Virus record (IMG/VR): IMGVR_UViG_3300043436_001797
Location: 17,818 to 81,817 of that record
DNA length: 64,000 bases
From: a virus
Strand: one strand, 5' to 3'
The notes under the pieces are model-generated. The model did not search any database and was not told where the DNA came from. It saw only the letters and a program-made list of their open reading frames with translations. Each line of letters begins with the position of its first letter. Positions within the stretch are counted from its first letter, which is position 1. This document shows positions 39,201 to 47,900 of this stretch, one piece after another. A program made the translations under genes and the position numbers.

Positions 39201-42200
39201 GAGGTAATATGTTACCATCATATCAACCTATTGGTGGAAATGATTCACTAGCTAGATTTAGCTACACATTTAACAATGATATTCTAGGTGCTGATACTTT
39301 ACCTCCTACTCACTTTGTTACACCTAAAGTAAAAGAACTTACAGGAAATCCATCTAGACCAAGAAAATGGGAGAACGCATTTGCTGTAGGTGATTTCTTG
39401 AGAGATGCTGATATAACTGAAAATCAGTTTTATCACCCAGATAAATATTATGTGGGTACTTCTCTTAGCGCACTTCGTAATAGTGACCTAGGTATAAAAA
39501 GCAATAAACTCATAAGCGCTAGTAATCAACTACTTAATGATCCTGAAAAATACTGGGCGGTGTATAAATGGGATCCTGAAAATCCTGCAGCAGCATGGGT
39601 TAGGTATATGAAAACTAATGAGATTAAGTCTAAGAAAGATCAGTTAGAAAAACAAGGATGGCATCTTGATATGCCTGTATCAGGTCAACATAGATTTGAT
39701 GATGTTGATTGGGAAGGCAAAGGTTCAGACACAGGTTATAAAGCAGATTCAGAATGGGTACCGCTTAAAAAAGGTGCTAAAAACATAAAGAGTCAAAAAG
39801 ACGTAAATCATACTTATATACCACAGGGAACTAAAAAAGGTCAAGATAAAACATCCTATAATTTATTCTCTGGTGGATCTATAACTTTTGTATGGACTGA
39901 TCCTGAGACTAATGAAAAACTTGCGTCAACAGTAGCCGGTTCAGTTTCTGACATGAAACAGTATGGTGAAAAACTTAAAAAAGATTATGGATTAAAAGAA
40001 GGTGATCTTGATATCATATACCATGATACAGGATCCTACTCCGCTAAACCAGCAGCTAAAAATGGTACATTATACTACGATCAATGGAAAGACTTTAACG
40101 CATATAACAAAGGCTATTCCGGCGCAGCACTGATAGTACCTACACAAAATTGGTTAGAGAACTGGACACCTAATAAAAAAGAAGGAGGACAATTAGATAA
40201 GTACCAATCTGAGAATACAGGTGCTATAAAAAAAGGATGGCATCAAAAAGTTTATAATGATCCTATTGCATTTGCAAAAGCTAATAAAGCTTTTAACGAT
40301 AGTCTTAATCTTAGCAAAAGAAGTTACGAGCTTCTTAAGGATATAGCTCCTAACAGCTCATATAAAAGTAATATTCCCTATGAAGATGTACATTGGACAG
40401 CTGATGGACCAGGTGGTTATTTTATAGATAATGTTGACTTTGGTAGGCAGTTTTTAGGTTTAAATTACTTAACCGATACTAATTTTAGAATACCTGGTAC
40501 AAAAGAGCAACTTATCTTAGAAGAAGCTTTTTCAAAAAGAATAAAACCAATAGGTTTTAATACAACTGACGTTCCAGTACCTATTTATAAACTACCAACT
40601 GAAGAACCTGTGTATGAAGAACTTAAAAACTTACCTTATCTAGATGCAAAATTGGAGCGTCCTGATTTTAACTTAGATATAGGTAAACCACCGGTAAAGT
40701 CTCAGGGTATTAGAATTAGACCTATGATGACTGCTGATCAAGCTACTAGTACTGGTCAGTATCAATCCGGTAAGTATATGTGGGATCCAGAAACAAAATC
40801 CTGGAAAGTCAAAATGCTAAGTCCTGAAACTCAACAAGAAAACAGAAAAGAGGTTAGAATAGGGATTAAAAAAAATGGTGGATGGCTAGATAAATACCAA
40901 GATGGTAAAGAAGTAAATAAACCTGTTAGCGCAACATGGTCGGATGAGTTTGGTACTTACATGCTTCCCGAAGTAACTGTAAAACCATCCATTAGTCCTG
41001 AAGCAACTCGAGCAATACTGAATAGAGAAGCGGGTATGTCTATTTCGCCTGCTCCGTCTGCGGTTGATAGAAGAGTAGCACAAACTCAGTACATGTTATC
41101 TAACCCACTTGATGCGCTTGGTCATTACTCTAGATATGGTTATGTTCCGCAAGGAAACCTGGGTAACTATGGTATGAGAGAAAAATCAAGTCCTGTTGGT
41201 CAATTACTAATGGACTTCAATCCATACAACTGGGCAAACGCTGCATACAGAGCTGCTATAAGAGGTGGGGATCCTGATACGTATACAACAGTTCCTGGTG
41301 CTATTAATATGGGTGCAGATTTAGCTGAAGCACTTCCTGTTATTTCTGAACTAGGTCCTTTGCTTAAAGGTGCTAAATCTGCGACAGGTGAAGCAGGTAA
41401 ATATCTTACAGCAAAAACTCCTTTAAAGTATACATACAGATTAAATCCCGAGGCTAGAGGTAGTGTATTCAAACCCTGGGATAACAGCATGGGATACCGT
41501 GTGGTTAATCAAGAAGGTTATGATGATGCCGTAAAAAGTTTTCTGGTAAGATCAAATCCAAAAGGAGATAATACATTATTTTCAAGACCTACAGGTTTTC
41601 CTTCTTTTGCTAAAGGAAAACCTAGCAAGAACTTTTTTAAGACGGATAATACACCTCATTATATAATGGAAACAGATATTCCACTGTATGCAAGAGGGGA
41701 AGCAAATCCAGTTACAGGGATACCGATTAAAAGTAGTCATGGAGCAGCAAGACCTATTGATCCTATAACCGGTGAAACCCTAACTTCATTTCCAATAGAG
41801 GATCTAAACGCTATATATAGCGCACAACCCCATTGGTTAAAAGGTTATCAGCGTGTTTGGCAATCACCTAAAAATATTCAAGAATTAGGTAATTTAACAT
41901 TAGGAAAAAACATTGCTACATCGGGAGCCTTTAATAGAGGTGTCTATGAGTTGCCAGATTATCCTGGATATTTGTTAAAATATGAAGATACGGATTTAGT
42001 TAGAAATATGGCTTTGCGTGATATTGATGATCTAAATTTTGCCGATCTTCAAATGAATCTAAACTCTTCAAATGTAGGAAAAGTAATCAAACACTTTAAA
42101 AAACAAACTCATCCTATTGATCCAATGCTTGCAGGTAGAGATATGGAAGGATATCTGCTGCGCAGGATGCAAGGTAAACCACTAGCTACACTACAATTAG

Positions 42201-43216
42201 ATAGATTAAAAGATATTCCAGAAAGTGCTTTTATTCAGTATGCAAAAGATTATGATAATTTAGTTCAACAGAAACTAGCAATGGATAATTACGGGCATAA
42301 TGTACTTTATGATCCAGAAGATGAAGTGTTTAAATTTATAGATTTATCTCCGGAGGCTAACTCTAATATGAGTGATTTTTGGAGTGAACATGTGATTGAT
42401 AATATAAACTCTAAAATGCCTAGAGAAAAACAACTAACAGGTATTAAAGGAGCTATTCTTAACCAAATAGATAATAATGTAAACATTAATATTGAAAAAG
42501 CTATGAAGGATCTTCCTGAAGATGCTGATTTGGAATATGCTGACAAATTAAGAATTGGGATGGAGTTATTGGGTCAAGCTAAAAAGAATAGAGTAAAAAG
42601 AGAATTAGAAAAAGCAGGTTATAAAAAACTAGGTGGGTGGCTTGATAAATATCAAATAAAAGGTGAAGTAACTCCTCCTGCTAATCTCCCTTGGATTAAT
42701 GGTGCAAGCATACCTCAAAAGCAATCGGTAGAGCAACAAGTTAATGCTTGGTTAGGTGAACCAATGAAAAGAGCTGCAGAGGAAGCGGAGAGAAGAGCTG
42801 AACAAGGGGAAGATGCAGGTGACTCTTTTAGACACTCTAATGCAGGTAGATTAACTCGTGAAGAGCTAGAAAAAAAGTTTCCTGAACTTATGTTGTATAC
42901 AGGTATTCCACAAGTTGCATCATTCTTAGGAGCTACAGCTTTAGGTATTGGTCATGAGGTAGTAGCACCTAATAGATCTCCGGATTATTCTTGGTGGGAT
43001 ACAGCTAGAGAAGCAGGAGAAGACATTATCAACAATACCATAGGAGCAACGGGTTTATTTTCAGAAGAAGATCTTTATAACATGTATCTGAACAACCAAT
43101 TACCTGATGGATATGGTAAAGGAAATATGTACTTCAAACAGAAAAAAGGAGGAGAAATGTCCCCAAGTATGGGATATTTTAACTATATTGGTGGATATAG
43201 GGGTATGTTGCCTTAA
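36281..43216 (+). CDS. Modular virion cargo polyprotein (2311 aa) with effector-like domains separated by GGWLDKYQ linkers
   Basis: ATGA overlap with the muzzle gene. Six linker copies. Lysozyme-like, ART-like, kinase-like and DUF6973-like motifs in separate modules. Cargo role inferred from position. Confidence 0.7.
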   Translation: MKVSKTGYKKNSKDKNEPSLLIPSNRITMKGVEFPVYGIDDTGYSQMMYPGLDYSFPGSYVYELPMAKEGGYILPGRYKNPEGNWLNKYQSDKKSGQVKNYWTWNPKATSERDSIQNIAGNILNYEILRGGPGGSPLTYYSDPEYMNTLMNDIYPQVKKMMPNATPVEMGEAMDLIFNSGWDKSNKKILVDPRAYAIQEYYRVHDKSKLDKEGNWAGRKATPGTFDSEYANTVGKLSENERRIMMNKGRDWFYQHRAPKGSTWDLKTQGAYPDYGATWYGRIWNTNDYAPFNPNNPKFIYPYKTGGEKWLDKYQGKTSASEVSSLKEESYRTPWWNPENSSEWNPAWTSDPIRQNAQAEFPGTYVLPTVEITDEKPQRFKDQETAAVVRQVLPDRTILSASDDPEKTYEDFINSSRNYRNAKLNDTLIDITDKPMGWFTFNTIPGEKYTDILGNNYIEVNRGGTGKPEDYAKNWKTRMQDPKDTFRNSDYAEDAGSYYHSKDIPAFYGIENNKFKVGNPGDFKDDTVIVPVRNSTTPYSKVEVEKGLFKDNLYTYDKDGNKIWNLRNKQKFLVHSPVTNRTIFISKDSYENQNSKESYATTKKSLDDFSKNNPDAYIISLDEGRFRAYMNSPEGLDDESFKTWNAFSGTVLHNYLEGLGKEAVDHGPGTSGSPLYSPVGDERYGYNLGILKQKHGGWLDKYQSKTTSGSVSKSGPRIENLPLQKVDNKLEIAYDGSTVYLRKIGEDKFTTLSPEKSKAFIQKYQEHIPPSYSKVEEQKKKQAAYNAKVAAEKKEMDELLKYTPLKLTKEEKDRVLKESKDARAELAEKSWLDTAWDATKSAYESLPDVSDFTNAVKGAYESLPDAENVIKLMNLSNEATKLAAAYAWNYKIPENDIPGLRSFGELSPKEIYQSFENRFIEKNFGEDTPTGESNIEELNLMSEEDVTSGTSDMEQLNKSRAKYGPQRLPARRDSRGNMLPSYQPIGGNDSLARFSYTFNNDILGADTLPPTHFVTPKVKELTGNPSRPRKWENAFAVGDFLRDADITENQFYHPDKYYVGTSLSALRNSDLGIKSNKLISASNQLLNDPEKYWAVYKWDPENPAAAWVRYMKTNEIKSKKDQLEKQGWHLDMPVSGQHRFDDVDWEGKGSDTGYKADSEWVPLKKGAKNIKSQKDVNHTYIPQGTKKGQDKTSYNLFSGGSITFVWTDPETNEKLASTVAGSVSDMKQYGEKLKKDYGLKEGDLDIIYHDTGSYSAKPAAKNGTLYYDQWKDFNAYNKGYSGAALIVPTQNWLENWTPNKKEGGQLDKYQSENTGAIKKGWHQKVYNDPIAFAKANKAFNDSLNLSKRSYELLKDIAPNSSYKSNIPYEDVHWTADGPGGYFIDNVDFGRQFLGLNYLTDTNFRIPGTKEQLILEEAFSKRIKPIGFNTTDVPVPIYKLPTEEPVYEELKNLPYLDAKLERPDFNLDIGKPPVKSQGIRIRPMMTADQATSTGQYQSGKYMWDPETKSWKVKMLSPETQQENRKEVRIGIKKNGGWLDKYQDGKEVNKPVSATWSDEFGTYMLPEVTVKPSISPEATRAILNREAGMSISPAPSAVDRRVAQTQYMLSNPLDALGHYSRYGYVPQGNLGNYGMREKSSPVGQLLMDFNPYNWANAAYRAAIRGGDPDTYTTVPGAINMGADLAEALPVISELGPLLKGAKSATGEAGKYLTAKTPLKYTYRLNPEARGSVFKPWDNSMGYRVVNQEGYDDAVKSFLVRSNPKGDNTLFSRPTGFPSFAKGKPSKNFFKTDNTPHYIMETDIPLYARGEANPVTGIPIKSSHGAARPIDPITGETLTSFPIEDLNAIYSAQPHWLKGYQRVWQSPKNIQELGNLTLGKNIATSGAFNRGVYELPDYPGYLLKYEDTDLVRNMALRDIDDLNFADLQMNLNSSNVGKVIKHFKKQTHPIDPMLAGRDMEGYLLRRMQGKPLATLQLDRLKDIPESAFIQYAKDYDNLVQQKLAMDNYGHNVLYDPEDEVFKFIDLSPEANSNMSDFWSEHVIDNINSKMPREKQLTGIKGAILNQIDNNVNINIEKAMKDLPEDADLEYADKLRIGMELLGQAKKNRVKRELEKAGYKKLGGWLDKYQIKGEVTPPANLPWINGASIPQKQSVEQQVNAWLGEPMKRAAEEAERRAEQGEDAGDSFRHSNAGRLTREELEKKFPELMLYTGIPQVASFLGATALGIGHEVVAPNRSPDYSWWDTAREAGEDIINNTIGATGLFSEEDLYNMYLNNQLPDGYGKGNMYFKQKKGGEMSPSMGYFNYIGGYRGMLP
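36527..42655 (+). repeat. Six dispersed copies of the (K-x-GG)-W-L-D-K-Y-Q linker
   Basis: 36527 GNWLNKYQ; 37187 KTGGEKWLDKYQ; 38357 KHGGWLDKYQ; 40178 KEGGQLDKYQ; 40871 KNGGWLDKYQ; 42626 KLGGWLDKYQ. Confidence 0.92.
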
Positions 43217-43220
43217 TGAT

Positions 43221-43228
43221 TATCTTTG
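43221..43228 (+). promoter_or_regulatory. Bacteroidota-type -7 element
   Basis: TATCTTTG (TAnnTTTG) in the 31-nt gap before the 43248 gene; no clear -33 TTTG at canonical spacing. Confidence 0.35.
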
Positions 43229-43247
43229 ACTTACAAATAATTCTAGT

Positions 43248-44897
43248 ATGAAAAAAGAATTTTTAAAAATGGCTGGTGTAAAAACAGAGCAAGAGTTCTA
43301 TCGTAAGTATCCTAATGAAAAGGATTTCTTTGAAGCTCATCCAGATGCTTTGAAAAAACTAGCTCGTGGTGGTGAGGCATATCCACAAACTGCTACTATG
43401 GATAACTTCTTTAGTTACGGGGTACCAGTTCCACCTACTTACTATGCACATGGTGGTGCATTCCCTATGGCACAATCAGAGGAACAGTTCTTCTCACCTT
43501 TCTATGGAAACGTACCTAACCCATACAACAAAGCTATGGGTGGAAGCTCTGAAGCGTATCCTCAGTCAATGTCTTTCCCATATGGAAACACTGGCAGAAG
43601 CACACACTTTATGATGGAAGACGGTGGGGATATGCCAGAAGAACAAACTCTACCAAAGATGGGAGTCAATGGTAAACTCCTAGAGTTTGTAGGTACTGTT
43701 AAAAATACAGCTGCTAATAAACTAAACAGCAATCTTGCTAAATACGGTAAGGTAAAGAACCCAGAGCAGTATGAGTTTGAGAAAGCTAAATGGGGAGGTA
43801 ATCTAAAAGAATATCAGACTAAGGAAACTGCAGGTGGTATTGACGATGTTGAATTGGTTGCTAAAAAAGGTCCAATTTTTGAACCGCTGAATCTTCCTAA
43901 AGTTGATACTAATTCTGATGTGCCAGGAACCGCTAATTACTATGGAGAATATTCTCAAGGATATGGATCACCCTCTTTTACAAATTGTTTTCCTGGAAAT
44001 CCTAACTGCAATCAAGTATACGGTCAACTTCCTCCAGAATACTATAATGATATAGACTACCTGCGCGGTAGAAGAAGACCGTATAGGGACTTTGATATCC
44101 GCGGTAAAGGTATGTTTGGTAAATATAGATCGACTGGTTGGTTGAAAGATGAGTATGGTTTAGAAGGACTGAGACAAATGGGGATGACAGACATGCAGGA
44201 AAGTAATCCTAAATGGTGGCAGTTGTTAAAGCGTCCTACTAAAACATACATTTTTGACAGACAATATCAGCAACAGGGTCCTAACGGGGAGTACAAATAC
44301 AATCCAGTAAAAATTTACGATAAAGATGGAATGCCTGATCATAAAGCTCAAAACGCTTATGAGAATATGCTTAAACCAGGAAATGAAAAGGATATGGGAT
44401 TCTTTGCTAGGATGTTTCATAAATCAGGTAATGTAACTGGTCAAGGAAGAGATGTAATGCCAGGAACACCTTCAGATCCTAATGCTGAGATGTCTCCTCA
44501 AATGACAAGTGCATTTGATTATAAAGGATATAATCCAAATTACTCTGAAGCAAGAAATCAGATTTTCCAAAATAAAAGACAAAAAATAGGAAAGCAGCTA
44601 GATAAACTTTATCAAAAAAGAGCCGATATGGAGGATATGGGTCTTACTATTTCTGATAAAGATGAGCGTAAAATGAAAAGACTAGGTAATAGATTTAACC
44701 GCAAAGGAACTGGTAAAGGAGTAAACTATAGTTTTGATACTTATGAAGAACCTACACCTGCTCCTGGATTTGCTTATGGTGGATATACAACATATGCAAA
44801 AGGTGGCTCATACAACGCAGGAGATGTCGTAGATATGACTCCTGAAGAGTTGCAGAGATTTATTGAAATGGGCGGTCAAGTAGAATTCTTAGACTAA
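43248..44897 (+). CDS. Putative virion cargo protein with multiple xxGG motifs
   Basis: LARGG, YAHGG, KAMGG, MEDGG, AKWGGNLKEYQ, FAYGG, YAKGG, EMGG; internal repeats GG(x)EAYPQ. Confidence 0.65.
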   Translation: MKKEFLKMAGVKTEQEFYRKYPNEKDFFEAHPDALKKLARGGEAYPQTATMDNFFSYGVPVPPTYYAHGGAFPMAQSEEQFFSPFYGNVPNPYNKAMGGSSEAYPQSMSFPYGNTGRSTHFMMEDGGDMPEEQTLPKMGVNGKLLEFVGTVKNTAANKLNSNLAKYGKVKNPEQYEFEKAKWGGNLKEYQTKETAGGIDDVELVAKKGPIFEPLNLPKVDTNSDVPGTANYYGEYSQGYGSPSFTNCFPGNPNCNQVYGQLPPEYYNDIDYLRGRRRPYRDFDIRGKGMFGKYRSTGWLKDEYGLEGLRQMGMTDMQESNPKWWQLLKRPTKTYIFDRQYQQQGPNGEYKYNPVKIYDKDGMPDHKAQNAYENMLKPGNEKDMGFFARMFHKSGNVTGQGRDVMPGTPSDPNAEMSPQMTSAFDYKGYNPNYSEARNQIFQNKRQKIGKQLDKLYQKRADMEDMGLTISDKDERKMKRLGNRFNRKGTGKGVNYSFDTYEEPTPAPGFAYGGYTTYAKGGSYNAGDVVDMTPEELQRFIEMGGQVEFLD

Positions 44898-44902
44898 TTA
44901 CA

Positions 44903-47900
44903 ATGAAAGTTAGAATCACAAAAGCTCCTAAACTTAGAAAGTATCAAACGGATGTTACACCTGGTCAAGTTATGCCTGCTGCAACACCGTCAGACTATAA
45001 CAACTATAGAGATGCCAGCTGGTTTCAACCATGGGAAGGAGTAGATATGAGTCAGTTTCCCAATGGCATAGATCCAATGGGAGGAGAGTTTACTACGGGT
45101 AAACAGAGATCTCTATATTATACCATAAGAGATGGGAAACAAGAACTCTACCCACCACATCAGAAAGTTGCTCATGCAATGGATCACAGGGGAATCTCAG
45201 GTATACGTTTTTATCAACGTCCTGGTGATGATGGAGCTGGCAGCAATGGTGGTGATGCAGGATATGGTGACGATGCTGAAATGGGAGATTCTTATATGGC
45301 AGATCCTTATGCAGAAAAGAATGCGTATAGGGCTAAAATGCGGGATGAGTACAATCAATTAAGTACAGAACCGCAAGAAGGTTTTGAGACATGGTTGCAT
45401 AATAAGGGAGATTATCTAAATTATTCGGGGTTATCCGGTGATTCAAATCAAACAAGTTTAGAGCAGAAAGATCAAGGTCTTACTGATTATAGAACTGGTA
45501 TGCCGGATTTTAAGTCTGGAAATGGTAGTGGTGCTGGTAGTGGTTTTGGTAATTCTGGTGGCACCGGTTCTACTGGTGGTGCTGGTTCTGGTCCTGCTGG
45601 TCCTACTGGTACTGGTTCTAGTAGCGGTGGTGGTGGTGATTCAGGATCTGTTAATACTATTGGTGGAGGAGGAGGGGGAGGTGATTTGAAATCTGCTGGT
45701 ATGCCGCAAGATCAAGGTTTTCACGGAGTTGTAAAAGAAAAAGGTCGGTCAAAGCTCGGTAAGTTCATTAGAGGTTTAGGACCTCAAAAGGGAATGGATG
45801 CTTACATAAACAGACAAAATGCTAAAGACTTTGTTACGGGATTTGCTGAGTATAAAGGTAAGGTTGATATGGATAAGGAAGCTGTCAAAGGTTTCCATAT
45901 GTCGCAACCTATTGCCGCATCTACCCAGGGTACCTTTGATCCCAACAGCATGAACAACTTTACTCCTGGTATGCTAAATACAGTACCGTCTACAGGAGAT
46001 TTTGCAATGGCACCTAATATGCCTATGGGTGCATATGGTGGTCAGTTTATGGCATATGGTGGTAGAGTGTTTAATCAGGTAGCACCAAATGCTTTACCCG
46101 ATAGAACATCTGAACCTAGAATAGCAGTATCAAACACACTGCAACCAGTACCTAGAGAGCTTGCTAATATCGAAGCAGAGAAAGATGAGACTATCTACTT
46201 CTTAAACAATGGTGGTCTTCCTGCTCATTATAAAATTGGTGGTCAACCTCACAGCAAGGGAGGAACTCCTTTGAATGTTCCCGAAGATAGTTTTGTATTT
46301 AGTAAAGCGCTGAAGATTAAGGATAAAAGACTGTTTCCTTATTTCGATGTAACTAAACCTACCAGCTTCTCAGACATTGCTAAGAAGTATGACATAAATA
46401 AATTTAGAAAGATACTAGCTGACCCGGATACAGACAAGCTGCAAAGAGAAACTGCAGAGAAAATGATTGCTAACTACAACCTTAAGTTGGGTATGTTAGC
46501 TTTAGCACAAGAATCTACAAAAGGATTTCCACAAGGTTTACCTATGATAGCTGCACCGTTTACTGCGGTTAATGCTATTGATCCGGAAATGATTTTACCT
46601 ACGCCACCTCAGTCTGCTGAGATGCCGGAAGAACAATTTATGGAACAAGAGATGCCCGCTTATAAATTCGGAGGAGCTATGAGAGTTAGAATTAAATCTT
46701 TACCTAGATATCAGTCAGATCTTGCTGGTGCTAGTGTTGCTGATGATATGATGTCAGATGCTGGTTTATCTGACCAGACTTACGTACAAACCCCACCAGC
46801 AAATATACCCCCACCTCCACCTGTTGCTGTTGTTACACCTGCTACACCAGCAGCACCTCCTGCAGCAGCAACTGCAGCTACTCCTCCACCTACTATTGTG
46901 GTGAATGGTGTTACGATAGATACAAAGACTAATAAACCTGTAGCTAAGTCTGCTCCCGCTGCTAGTGGTAAGAAAGCAGCTAAAAGTGCTGCGGGTACAT
47001 TTAATTTTGATGTAGATGTTATGGAAGGTAATCCTGACTTTTGGCAGGGTTATAATGATTTGGTCGCAGCTGGTACTATTAAACCAGAACTAGCTATAGG
47101 TTTTGAAGATGCTAGTGTTCGTCAGCGAGAGAGTAAGCAAGGTCGTAGACCAGGTACTGCAAATATATATGGTGATAGAGATATTCATAAAGGTTCTCTT
47201 TATGAGGACTTTAAGAAAAGACAGGCGTGGTATTTTCAAAATAAGAAAAACTGGGATCCTGAAAATAAAGCAGATGTAGAAGATTTTCAAAGAGAGTATT
47301 GTAAAAAAGCTGCAGAGTATGGTATGAAGGGTTGTTACTTTAATACCAAGGATGTAAAAGACTCTAAAGGTAGAATTATACAAGGGACTACGTTTGACGG
47401 TCTGTTTGGTGAGCACACTTTTAATGCTCCAGGATTTAATAAAGCTGAAGCAAAACCAGAACCTCAACCACAACCCCAACCAGAACCAGAAAAAAAACCA
47501 GAACCTATCAAGGTTAATCCTTTAGATATACCAGAGGATTATTCTCGTAGAAGCGGTTATTTCCCTCAGGATCTTATAAACCTTTCTGCAGCTTTAGCTC
47601 AAAGAATTACTGTACCTGATACATGGTATGCTCCTTTACAGTTTAAAGGTGTAGATCCTGCGTATTTGGTACCAGACTATAGTCCAATTATGGAAGCTGC
47701 TAATATTAGCACTCAGGGTGTTAATGCTTATGGTTCTCGTCAAAGTGCAGATGCTTCACTTGCTCTTATTCAAGGTAAATCAGCAAGACCTGCAGCTGAA
47801 CATAATCTAGCAGTTGCTAATGCTAATGCTGGTATTTACAACAATGCTCAGCAGATTAACGCACAGATAGCAAATCAAAATGCTATGTACAATAATCAGT

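Noticed and set aside
36527-42655. CRISPR-like or attC-like array interpretation of the linker repeats
   Set aside because: Repeats are in-frame coding, vary at synonymous positions, are not palindromic and are spaced 0.6-1.8 kb apart.
45514-45683. GGT/GGA-rich tract as a DNA-level element (microsatellite or G-quadruplex)
   Set aside because: Adequately explained as a Gly/Ser-rich protein linker with mixed codons.
46670-46681. GGAGGAG Shine-Dalgarno before internal ATG 46679
   Set aside because: Only 2 nt from the ATG, explained by Gly-Gly codons, and other genes here lack SD sequences.
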